From Longimicrobiales bacterium (GTDB taxonomy: Bacteria; Gemmatimonadota; Gemmatimonadetes; Longimicrobiales; Gaopeijiaceae), in assembly GCA_965203485.1 (NCBI GenBank), contig OZ241892.1, forward strand, positions 2,464,001 to 2,528,000: a DNA stretch of 64,000 bases. Direction: 5' to 3'. Under the pieces are notes generated by a model. That model did no database searches, was not told the DNA's origin, and saw only the letters and a program-made list of their open reading frames with translations. Below are positions 44,588 through 53,040 of the stretch, in pieces (the first letter of the stretch is position 1; each line of letters opens with the position of its first letter). The position numbers and the translations under genes were made by a program.

Positions 44588-45256
44588 CTAGTTCACCAAG
44601 CTCGCGCGCGCGACCGCGGCCGCCACGACCGCCGCCCACAGTCCCACGGCCAGCGAAGCCGAGCGGCGCAACGACATGGAGAATACCTCCCGCAACGCCA
44701 ACGAAAGGAACACCACCCACGCCAAGTGGGCAAGCGACACGCTCTGGGCGGCCGCCGCCAACAAGGGACGGTCCGGCGAGACCAGGGCAGCCAACCCAAT
44801 CGGACCCGCGAGCGTCTCGCGGCCCCCGAGCGCCACCGTCAAGTGCACGTAGAGCCCCGCGAACACGCCGCGCAACGCCATGAGCGCCTCGCCATAGAGG
44901 AAGACCGACAGCAATGGCCGCAGCCGCGCGCCGGAACTCAGGAAAGCCAATGCCGCCCATGCGAACGCGGCCAGCAAGCCCGCCTTGACCAGCGTCGTCA
45001 CCGGAGCCAGCGCGATCAAGATCCAGAACATCGTCTCCGCCGTGACCGCATCCGCAGCCTCGCCCGAAGCGCCGCCGAAGAAGACCGGCCGCAACGACAG
45101 CAGGGCGCCCACCGACACGACGAAGGCCGCCAACAGCGGCGGCAGCACCGGCTCTCTGCGGCGGATGTCCCGCAAGCTCGGCACCATCAGGCCGAAGAAC
45201 GTCTTCACGCGCGATTCCGGCGCGGACGGCTCGCCGGACACCAAGACGGCGATCAT
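44588..45256 (-). CDS. Yip1-like multi-pass membrane protein
   Basis: About five TM helices with a Yip1-like layout; ATGA overlap with thioredoxin stop. Confidence 0.6.
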   Translation of the reverse strand: MIAVLVSGEPSAPESRVKTFFGLMVPSLRDIRRREPVLPPLLAAFVVSVGALLSLRPVFFGGASGEAADAVTAETMFWILIALAPVTTLVKAGLLAAFAWAALAFLSSGARLRPLLSVFLYGEALMALRGVFAGLYVHLTVALGGRETLAGPIGLAALVSPDRPLLAAAAQSVSLAHLAWVVFLSLALREVFSMSLRRSASLAVGLWAAVVAAAVARASLVN

Positions 45257-45786
45257 CGCGGCATCCCCACAGCGTCCATGGCCTGCGCGAGTTGCCTCCG
45301 CGTCGACCGTCCAACGCGCACGATCCGGACCGTGTCCGTCCGGTCGGTCCAGTACGTGACCGGCACGTAGCGCACGGCCAGCGCGCGCGCAATGCTGCTG
45401 TCGGCGTCCGCGATCGCGCGGTTGCGCATGGCCGGCGGTATCCACGACATGTCTCCCCGAGCGTCCGGGGCCGCGATCACCCACACGTTGGCCCGGACGC
45501 CGTCTTCGATCATGGCTTCCCAGCGTGCTAGTTGCTCCTTGCAATACGGGCAGGTCGGCGTCGCATACATCAACGCGGACGGCCCCTCGAGGCTGGACTC
45601 CGACCGCCAGTCGTCGCCGCTGCTCGTTCGGCCCGCCAACGCCGGCAACGGCCATGGCGGCTCCGGCCCCGAAGACCGCTGCCCGCCGTCGACCAGCTTG
45701 AACGGCGCGACCACGCACACGGCCACGCCCAGACCAACTGCAAGTGCAATCAACTTCCTCGTTCTTGCCCCGTCCTTGTTCTTCAT
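45253..45786 (-). CDS. Membrane-anchored thioredoxin-like (TlpA/Bdb-type) oxidoreductase
   Basis: N-terminal TM anchor, CPYC, YVPVTY cis-Pro loop; GGAG RBS. Confidence 0.8.
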   Translation of the reverse strand: MKNKDGARTRKLIALAVGLGVAVCVVAPFKLVDGGQRSSGPEPPWPLPALAGRTSSGDDWRSESSLEGPSALMYATPTCPYCKEQLARWEAMIEDGVRANVWVIAAPDARGDMSWIPPAMRNRAIADADSSIARALAVRYVPVTYWTDRTDTVRIVRVGRSTRRQLAQAMDAVGMPR

Positions 45787-45808
45787 GCCGCTTCGTCTCC
45801 GCAGATGT

Positions 45809-45843
45809 GGCTCGGGACGCACCACCGGCGTGCCTCCCGAGCC
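45809..45843. terminator. Stem-loop between peptide genes and processing/export genes
   Basis: GGCTCGGGA-C-GCAC-N7-GTGC-C-TCCCGAGCC. Confidence 0.5.
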
Positions 45844-45886
45844 GGGTTCACCTCAGCTTTCCATGAGGGCGCCGTGTTGCCCCTTA

Positions 45887-46123
45887 CTACTTGCTAAGGT
45901 CGCACCTCGCGCATCGCGCGGGGAAGATCAGGCGATAGAACCAGGAGGAGCGACAGGCCGAACAGAAGAGAAGGTCTTCCTCGACCGGCCTGCAGACGAC
46001 CCAGTCGTCTTCGTCTATTTCCTGGGACTGCAACGGTGCGGGCGGGAGGCCCGTAGCGGCAGAGCCGGCCACGGCCGCGGCGAGAACGAAATGCGAGAAC
46101 TTCCATGCTTGCTTGGCTTTCAT
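45887..46123 (-). CDS. 78-aa secreted Cys-rich peptide (C, CxxC, CxxC)
   Basis: GGAG RBS; signal-like N-terminus; acidic segment, then CSAC and CARC. Confidence 0.65.
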   Translation of the reverse strand: MKAKQAWKFSHFVLAAAVAGSAATGLPPAPLQSQEIDEDDWVVCRPVEEDLLFCSACRSSWFYRLIFPARCARCDLSK

Positions 46124-46181
46124 GATGTTTCTCCGATGTGGATGTGGATTCCTTGTTTTTCGGTTGATTCCTTGCGGCGAT

Positions 46182-46328
46182 CTAGAAGAACGCCGCCTTG
46201 CACGTTCCCACGCACGCCGGGACAATGACTCCGGCCGGCGATATCAACAGCATAGCCAGACCGAGCACGCTGCTGCCGCCCAGGGCGAGGATGGCTGCCG
46301 CGCAGCCTATGCATGCGACTTTGACCAC
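46182..46328 (-). CDS. 48-aa hydrophobic CxxC...CVxxC peptide (P3; absent from ORF track)
   Basis: AAGGAG 6 nt upstream of GTG; MVKVACIGCAAAILALGGSSVLGLAMLLISPAGVIVPACVGTCKAAFF. Confidence 0.75.
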   Translation of the reverse strand: MVKVACIGCAAAILALGGSSVLGLAMLLISPAGVIVPACVGTCKAAFF

Positions 46329-46380
46329 TGCGAACTCCTTTCTCGTCTTGCACGAGGTTGATGTCTTCGATTGGCATCAG

Positions 46381-46539
46381 TCAGAAGAGACTGGCGCATG
46401 TGGCTACGCAAGCCAGGACCGCGAGGGTCGAGCCCGGAGTCGCGGCGGCCGCGAGCCATGCAGCCGGGCCGGCGGCCGCAAGCCCGATTCCGGCGGCCAC
46501 GCATCCTCCGCACCCCAACACCGCCAGCATCGTCTTCAT
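46381..46539 (-). CDS. 52-aa hydrophobic CxxC...CVxxC peptide (P2)
   Basis: ATGA overlap with P1 stop; MKTMLAVLGCGGCVAAGIGLAAAGPAAWLAAAATPGSTLAVLACVATCASLF. Confidence 0.75.
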   Translation of the reverse strand: MKTMLAVLGCGGCVAAGIGLAAAGPAAWLAAAATPGSTLAVLACVATCASLF

Positions 46540-46847
46540 CGGATTGCCCCCACAGCTGCCGCGCATGCGGCCACGCACGTCAGTGCGGTCGCAACCGCAT
46601 GTTTCGGGTTGCGGAGAAACCATCCCCAAACGGGCACGCCGATCATGCTGAGCACGGTCATCCCGGCCCCGACGGCAACGCACGTCAGGCATCCTTGCGT
46701 GGCTCCGAAGCCGCCGCCGCCGTCCTGTGCGCCGACCCCGGGCGGGGCGGTCGGCAACGCCGACGCGGACGCCGGCGCCGCGCCGAACGCGCTTGCGGTT
46801 GCCGTCGCCAGCAGGACGGCAAGCGCGGCGATGCGATGCTTACTCAT
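46536..46847 (-). CDS. 103-aa precursor: signal peptide + pro-region + CxxC...CVxxC core (P1)
   Basis: AAGGAGGT RBS; Sec-type signal; core CLTC...CVAAC. Confidence 0.8.
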   Translation of the reverse strand: MSKHRIAALAVLLATATASAFGAAPASASALPTAPPGVGAQDGGGGFGATQGCLTCVAVGAGMTVLSMIGVPVWGWFLRNPKHAVATALTCVAACAAAVGAIR

Positions 46848-47691
46848 GTGCTACCTCCTTGTGGAGTGAATGAAAGTCCCCCGCGGCGAAGCGCCGCAGG
46901 AGCGGGGTCCGGCAACGTCCGGCAAGGAGGGTTCCTCGCCGGGCCAGCCCGCGTTGGACATGTCTGTTCGCGTGGAAAAGGCCAAGCCGCCGCGCCCGCC
47001 CCAAGCGCTTCGGCGCCGGACCGCTCGCCGCGCGCCAAGAGGCGACCCCGAGCGCAACCAGCCCCGCGAGCGCCAGAAGGGCGAAGGCGCGGCGGGGACG
47101 GCGGCGGTTGGGGGAGCTGCGCAGGAGCATGGGGCCAGGGGTCGGGGCGGTCGGCTGCAAGTCGTGGAGCAGACGCTAGTCAAACGCCTGGGACGCCTAC
47201 ATAGCTGGATGGGTCCGCTCTCGCAGCGTCCGCGGAGCCGCCGAATCGAGCGAAACGACAAGTCCAGCAAGGCTGTTCGGGCGATGCTCCCACTGGCGGC
47301 GCTCGCGCAGCTTGGCGCCCGCGACGAGGAAGATCTTGCGCAACGCGGTTGCGAACGGCCGATCAGCCGCGGGGCCGCCGCGATGCCGGCGGCGGGATTG
47401 ACCGAGCCCGAACCGGACGCGGACACGGAGCCGCGCTAGGCGTCTCTGCAAACGCGGTGGGCCTGATGCGAATTGATCGGGCCCGAACCGGACGCCGGGG
47501 CCGGGAGGCCGCCCGGACGAACCCGGACGCGTGGCGGCGCGACGGAAAGCCCGCACGGCCGGGAACCGAAGCGCATGCCGCTGCGACGGCGCGCGCACAA
47601 ACCGAAGCCGGAGGCTAGGCGCCAACAAGCGACTGCGCCAGCCTCGGCAGACCTGGAACGCGCGGTCAGGTCGCGAAGCCGCCCGCTTCCG

Positions 47692-48312
47692 CTACATGCC
47701 CTTCAGCGCGTCCAGGATGTCTTGGTTGGAAGGCCGGACGCGGTAGTCGGTCTCCACGAACTTCCACCTCACCACGCCGTCCCGGTCGAGGACGAACGTG
47801 GCCGGATGGGGAACGGGACGCCGCGGGGGGGAGTCCGCGTTGAAGAGTCCGTAGCGGTCGATGACGCGGTGGTCCGGGTCCGACAGCATCACGAAGTCGG
47901 GCCGGGCGCCACCGTCGGCCACGATCCGGTCGATCATCATCTGCTGCCTCTCCCGGTCGTCGACGGAAACCGTCACGATCGCCGTCCCTTCGCGGAGGTC
48001 CGGCGGCAGGAGGTCTCTCAGCTCGCCGAGCTGACGGGCGCAGTGCGGTCACCAGTGTCCGCGGTAGAAGACGAGGACGACGTTCTTCTCGCCCCTGAAG
48101 CCCGCCAGCGCCACCGGCGGCCCCTCGAAGGACTCCAGGACGAAGAGAGGCGCCTCGTCGCCGACCGAGACGCGCCCGAGGTCGGAGCCCGGCAAGTCGT
48201 TCCCGTCGGCCGGACCGAGGACCGGCTGTTGAGCCATGAGGCGCGAGGAGGGGGCAGTCGCGGCAACCGCGAGGGCCGCGGCCGTCGCGAGGGCCGGTGC
48301 GGTACGGATCAT
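47692..48312 (-). CDS. Selenocysteine-containing AhpC/TSA peroxiredoxin-like protein (UxxC)
   Basis: FYRGHW-TGA-PHCARQL reads in frame into ...PHPATFVLDRDGVVRW; SECIS-like hairpin follows. Confidence 0.85.
48018..48034 (-). promoter_or_regulatory. Candidate bacterial SECIS element
   Basis: UCAGCUC-GGC-GAGCUGA hairpin starting 14 nt after the in-frame UGA (48049-48051). Confidence 0.7.
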
Positions 48313-48595
48313 GAATGAAGTCTGTCTGCTAGCGGGGTCGAGCTGATGAAAGGTTCGGCAACTCCGTGGCCATGCGACGGCGACGTTGCGCCTCCGCGAG
48401 TTGGCCGGGACCGCCGACGAAGTTGCACGCTTCAAAGATGGCGAGCCGCTCGGGCGGCCACAACCCGTCGCGCGCGGCGCCCGCGGCCGCCCTTGCCGTC
48501 CGGCCTGCGCGCGGCCAAGCTCCAAGCAGCGCCCGCGCGGTCGCTCTTCGCCGGCTCCGCGCCGCGTCCCCCGTCCTGCCGCCGCTCGCCTTCTC

Positions 48596-49741
48596 GTGCC
48601 CCTTCCCGAATCCATCTCCGGCGCGTCCGACGACGGCGTCTACTACCTGCACGGGGCAGACGAGTTCCGCAAGGACCAAGCGGCGAGGCGCCTCGTGGAG
48701 CGGTTCGCCGACGCGGGCACGCGCGACTTCAACCTGGACCGGCTGGACGGCGCCCGGACGACGGTCGAGCAGCTCGCGACGGTCGCGGCCACGCCGCCGA
48801 TGATGGCCGAGCGGCGGGTGGTGCACCTCGTCTCGGCGGAAGCGCTCGCGGGCAGCGCAAAGGCGCGCGCCGTTCTCCTGGACTTGGCCAAGAGTCCGCC
48901 CCCGGGGCTCGTCCTGATCGTGCAGGCGACGGTTCCGGGGCGCTCGACGGCCAAGTTCTACAAGGAGTTGGCGCGGCTCGCGACGACCGCCGAGTTCAAG
49001 GCGATACCGGAGAACGAAGCCCCGGCGTGGCTGGTCACGTGGGCGGCCGAGGAGCTCGAAGCAGTCGTCGAACTCGATGCCGCGAGGGCGCTGGCGGCGG
49101 CGCTGGGATCGAACCTGGGCATGCTGTCGAACGAGGTGCGAAAGCTGGCGGGGATGGTTGCCGACGGCGCGCCGGTGGATCTCGAAGCCGTCCGCGCGGG
49201 AGGATTCGAGATCGCCCGGCAGGATCGCTGGGCTTGGTTCGACGCGGTCGGGCGCCGCCGAATCGCCGAGGCGCTGAAGGGGCTTCCGGTCCTCGTGCGG
49301 CAGGGCGAAGCTCCGATCGCCCTCGTGAGCGGCCTGGCCGCGCATCTCCTGCGCATCGGAGTGGCGGCGGAAGGCGGCGCGAGCGCGTTGAAGGCCGCGT
49401 TGCCGCCGCACCAGAAGTTCCTGGCGAAGCGCTTGGCAAGCCAAGCGCGGCAGTGGAACCGCGCCGACTTGGCGGCCGCGGTCAGGAGGCTGCGACGGCT
49501 CGACCGCCTGCTCAAGGCGAGTTCCCTGCCCGGCGACGGGCTCTTGGAAGAGTGGCTCCACGGGGTGGCGGCCCGCGATGCGCCTGCCCGAGCCGGGCGG
49601 CGCCGGAAAGACCGGATGGCGCAGACGAGCGGCAGGCCGTCGGCGCGACGGAGGACGACCGCGGCCGCGCCGGGCGCCGACGACCGGGAGGAGTCGACGA
49701 CGGGGCGGACGAACTCCCGGCGCCGGGCAACGCGAACGTGA
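48596..49741 (+). CDS. holA: DNA polymerase III delta subunit
   Basis: [41 protein letters not shown]. Confidence 0.85.
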   Translation: MPLPESISGASDDGVYYLHGADEFRKDQAARRLVERFADAGTRDFNLDRLDGARTTVEQLATVAATPPMMAERRVVHLVSAEALAGSAKARAVLLDLAKSPPPGLVLIVQATVPGRSTAKFYKELARLATTAEFKAIPENEAPAWLVTWAAEELEAVVELDAARALAAALGSNLGMLSNEVRKLAGMVADGAPVDLEAVRAGGFEIARQDRWAWFDAVGRRRIAEALKGLPVLVRQGEAPIALVSGLAAHLLRIGVAAEGGASALKAALPPHQKFLAKRLASQARQWNRADLAAAVRRLRRLDRLLKASSLPGDGLLEEWLHGVAARDAPARAGRRRKDRMAQTSGRPSARRRTTAAAPGADDREESTTGRTNSRRRATRT

Positions 49742-52059
49742 GATCGGACCAAGCCGGCCCGGGCGAGAGGACGGGCGCCGTCCAGGCCGCGGGCGCCGAA
49801 GTCGCATTGCGGATTTCGGGGATGCACTGCGCCAGCTGCGTGTCCTCCGTGGAGCGCGCTCTGGAGGGAGTGGCCGGGGTGGTCCGGGCGGAAGTCAACC
49901 TCGTGCAGGAGACTGCGAGAGTCCGGATCGCGAGCGCCGCGGAGGGCGTCGCGGCCGCCGGCGAGGCGATGGAAAGGGCGGTCGCGGCGGCGGGATACGA
50001 AGCCGCGGCGCTCGTCGGCGCGCAGGCGGAAGACGAGGCCGCGCGGGCTCGCGACGCCGGCCGCGACGAGGAGGTTCGCGCGCTGCTGCGGCGGTTCAGG
50101 GTCGCCGCGTTGTTCGGCCTGCCCGTGTTCGTCCTCGGCCACTGGGACATGATCCCGTGGCTGACGCCGATGAGCGAAGCGGCGCGGACCGGGGCGTGGC
50201 GCGCGTCCGCGCTGCTCACGGCGCCCGTTCTGCTGTACGCGGGTCGCGGCTTCTTCGCGGGCGCGTGGTCCGCCGGGCGGCGCGGGCGGTTCACGATGGA
50301 TTCGCTGGTGGCGCTGGGAACGGGGGCCGCTTGGCTTCAGTCGATGACGGTGGTCCTCGCGCCCGGCCTGCTGCCCGGCCAGCTGGGCAGGCCCTTCTTC
50401 GAGGCGGTTGCCGCCGTCGTCGCGCTCGTGCTCCTCGGACAGGCGCTGGAGGCCCGCGCCAAGGGACGCACCGCGCGCGCGTTGCGGGAGCTCTTCGCGC
50501 TGGCGCCCGACACGGCCGAGCGCCTTCGCGACGACCGAGACCAAGCGGAGACGCAGACCGTTCCCTTGGCCGAAGTGCGTCCCGGCGATCTCCTGCTGGT
50601 GCGCCCCGGCGGGCGCGTGCCGCTGGACGGCGTCGTCCGGTCGGGCGCAAGCGAAGTGGACGAGTCCATGCTCACCGGCGAGAGCTTGCCCGTCGCGAAG
50701 GCGGCGGGCGACGCGGTGACCGGCGGCTCGGTCAACGGCGCCGGCGCCCTGGTCGTGGAGGTCGTCCGCGTGGGAGAAGACACCGTTCTGGCTCGCATCG
50801 TGGACATGGTGAGGCGAGCCCAAGCCGCGAAGCCGCCGGTCCAGCGAACGGTGGACGCCGTGGCCGGCTGGTTCGTGCCGTCGGTCGTGGTGGTCGCGGC
50901 CGCCACGTTCGCGGCGTGGGCCGCGTGGGGACCCGAGCCGCGCCTGAACTTCGCCGTGGCGACCGCCGTGTCCGTCCTGGTCGTCGCTTGCCCGTGCGCG
51001 ATGGGACTCGCCACGCCCCTCTCGGTCATGATCGCGATCGGCCAAGCGGCCCGGCGCGGCGTATTGATCCGCGACGGCGGCGCACTGCAGCGGGCCCGGC
51101 GCGTGGACACGGTCCTCCTGGACAAGACCGGCACCGTCACCGAAGGCCGCCCCGCCGTGGCGAGCGCGCACCCGGGCCCGGCCCTCTCGGAGGCCGAAAT
51201 GCTCGCATGGGCGGCCAGCGCCGAGGCCGCGTCCGAGCACCCCGTCGCCCACGCGATCGTTCGGTACGCCGCCGAGCTGGGGACGCCGCTCCGTCCCGCC
51301 GAGCGCTTCGCCGCCCACCCCGGCCTTGGGGCTTCGGCGATCGTCGAGGGGAAACGCGTCCTGGTGGGGTCGGCCGCGTTTCTGGAAGGCGCGGGCGTGA
51401 AGTTGGAGGCGGCGGCGGCCACGCTGGCCGGTTTGGCGGAAGCGGGGCTGACGGCGGTGCTCGCGGCCGTGAACGGGAACCTGGTGGGCGTGCTCGGAGT
51501 GGAGGACCGCGTCCGGCCCGAAGCCGCGGCCGCCGTTCGGCGCCTCCAAGACCGCGGCATCGAGGTGCGGATGGCGACCGGCGACGAAGAGGGCCCGGCC
51601 CTGCGCGCGGCCCGGAGGGTTGGGATCGAGCGGGTGACGGCGAGGGCCTCCCCTGCGGAGAAGGCGGATCTCGTGGCCGGTTTGCGCGAGCGCGGGCGCG
51701 TCGTGGCGATGATCGGCGACGGCATCAACGACGGGCCGGCGCTCGCCCGGGCCGACGTGGGCATCGCCATGGGCGGCGGGACCGACGTGGCGCGCGAAGC
51801 GGGCGACGTCGTGCTGCTGGGCAACTCGCTGCGGGGAGCCGCGACGCTGCTGGGCCTGTCGCGCGCGGCAACGCGGAACATCGCGCAGAACTTGGTGGGA
51901 GCCTTCGCCTACAACGTCGTGGCGATTCCGGTGGCCGCCGGTCTGCTCTACCCGTGGACGGGCCTTCTGTTGTCGCCCGCCATCGCGGGCGCGGCCATGG
52001 CGCTCAGCTCGGTGACCGTCGTCGCCAACGCCAACCGCCTACGCCGCTGGCGGGGCTAG
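49738..52059 (+). CDS. copA: Cu(I)-translocating P1B-type ATPase
   Basis: GMHCASC HMA domain, TGES, CPC, DKTGT, SEHP, GDGIND, YN and MALSS. Confidence 0.9.
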   Translation: MRSDQAGPGERTGAVQAAGAEVALRISGMHCASCVSSVERALEGVAGVVRAEVNLVQETARVRIASAAEGVAAAGEAMERAVAAAGYEAAALVGAQAEDEAARARDAGRDEEVRALLRRFRVAALFGLPVFVLGHWDMIPWLTPMSEAARTGAWRASALLTAPVLLYAGRGFFAGAWSAGRRGRFTMDSLVALGTGAAWLQSMTVVLAPGLLPGQLGRPFFEAVAAVVALVLLGQALEARAKGRTARALRELFALAPDTAERLRDDRDQAETQTVPLAEVRPGDLLLVRPGGRVPLDGVVRSGASEVDESMLTGESLPVAKAAGDAVTGGSVNGAGALVVEVVRVGEDTVLARIVDMVRRAQAAKPPVQRTVDAVAGWFVPSVVVVAAATFAAWAAWGPEPRLNFAVATAVSVLVVACPCAMGLATPLSVMIAIGQAARRGVLIRDGGALQRARRVDTVLLDKTGTVTEGRPAVASAHPGPALSEAEMLAWAASAEAASEHPVAHAIVRYAAELGTPLRPAERFAAHPGLGASAIVEGKRVLVGSAAFLEGAGVKLEAAAATLAGLAEAGLTAVLAAVNGNLVGVLGVEDRVRPEAAAAVRRLQDRGIEVRMATGDEEGPALRAARRVGIERVTARASPAEKADLVAGLRERGRVVAMIGDGINDGPALARADVGIAMGGGTDVAREAGDVVLLGNSLRGAATLLGLSRAATRNIAQNLVGAFAYNVVAIPVAAGLLYPWTGLLLSPAIAGAAMALSSVTVVANANRLRRWRG

Positions 52060-52094
52060 GAGCGGCGCCGGACGGCCGCCGACGCCCGCGCGGA

Positions 52095-52736
52095 TCAGCC
52101 GCCCGGCAGGTACTCGGCCGGTATCTCGTCGCCCGATCCCTCCTCGCCCTGCCAGAAGATCGTCACGATCCACCAACGCGATCCGTCATGGAACGCCTGG
52201 ATCGAATTGATGCCGCGGTCAAACGGCTCCTCGCCGGGCGACCAGCGCGACTCGTAGGTCGAGAACAAGTGCGCCACGGCCCCGTAGCGCTCGGTCACCC
52301 GGTTGACCTCCGTCTCGAAGAAGCCTCGTTCCTCCAAGAACGGCCCGGCGCCGGCCACGTAGTCGTCGGGCGTCATGACGTTCGTTCCGCCCTCGCCCTG
52401 CGGACCGCGCCCGGTCGGAATCAACCGGGCGCCGTCTCTGAAGAGGGACCGGAAACGGTCCCAGTCGCGAGGTTCCCCGGCCGGTCCGGAGATCACGTCG
52501 TACAGCGCCGCAACGACGGCGTTGAGCGACTCGACGTCTTCCGGCGCGGCGCGGGGGGCGTTCTGGGCGGACACGCGGTCCGGCGCCGCCAAGCCGACGG
52601 CCAGCGCCAGGAGCACGAGCGGCGCGCGAAGGCGGGGAGGGGACGGAAGCACCGGCGCCGACGCTGCGTGGACCCGGGCGCCCGCGCCGGCTGCGCCGCG
52701 AGTTTCGCGAGGGAATGGAAGCAACGGCAGGGACAC
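52095..52736 (-). CDS. Secreted NTF2-like hypothetical protein
   Basis: AGGAG RBS; LYDVISGPAG..RDWDRFRSLF, RGINSIQ, RWWIVTIFW. Confidence 0.75.
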   Translation of the reverse strand: MSLPLLPFPRETRGAAGAGARVHAASAPVLPSPPRLRAPLVLLALAVGLAAPDRVSAQNAPRAAPEDVESLNAVVAALYDVISGPAGEPRDWDRFRSLFRDGARLIPTGRGPQGEGGTNVMTPDDYVAGAGPFLEERGFFETEVNRVTERYGAVAHLFSTYESRWSPGEEPFDRGINSIQAFHDGSRWWIVTIFWQGEEGSGDEIPAEYLPGG

Positions 52737-52939
52737 GGTGTGGACTCCTATCGCATCTGCGGGTGGAAGCCGCCCGCGCGGCGGCCGTTGCCGACAAGAG
52801 CCGACGGGGCCGCACCAGGCGCGAGCGGCGAGCGAAGGGGCGAGCGCGAAAGGCGCGCCCACGCCCAGGCGAGGCGTAATCTGCGTCGGCGGCCCGGCGC
52901 TCGTCCAGCCTCTCCAGCCTCCGGCGACGACCCGCGCCG

Positions 52940-52959
52940 CCCCCCCCCCCCCCCCCCCC
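52940..52959. repeat. C20 homopolymer tract
   Basis: 20 consecutive C between the divergent hypothetical gene and mutS. Confidence 0.9.
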
Positions 52960-52960
52960 A

Positions 52961-52990
52961 TTGGACGTACCGGCGCCGCGGCCGTATTCT
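52961..52990 (+). promoter_or_regulatory. Putative sigma70 promoter of mutS
   Basis: TTGGAC-N18-TATTCT, 50 nt upstream of the mutS ATG. Confidence 0.5.
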
Positions 52991-53040
52991 ACGGCTGGAA
53001 CGGATGGACAAGATCGACCCGAGCACGACGGCATCTTGCC

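Noticed and set aside
46182..46847. Assigning the peptides to a known class (circular bacteriocin, sactipeptide, glycocin)
   Set aside because: No SpoIIM/DUF95 protein, radical SAM enzyme, glycosyltransferase or C39 peptidase is in the cluster, and the Cys spacing differs from glycocins.
47400..47535. Short CCCGAACCGGACGC-like repeats
   Set aside because: Two to three short degenerate copies in GC-rich intergenic DNA with no supportable function.
48049..48051. Peroxiredoxin pseudogene with a nonsense mutation
   Set aside because: The TGA falls exactly at the redox Cys position and is followed by a SECIS-like hairpin, so Sec recoding is more likely.
48340..48370. CTGATGA followed by a small stem, resembling a hammerhead ribozyme core
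   Set aside because: No GAAA after the stem and no closing helices.
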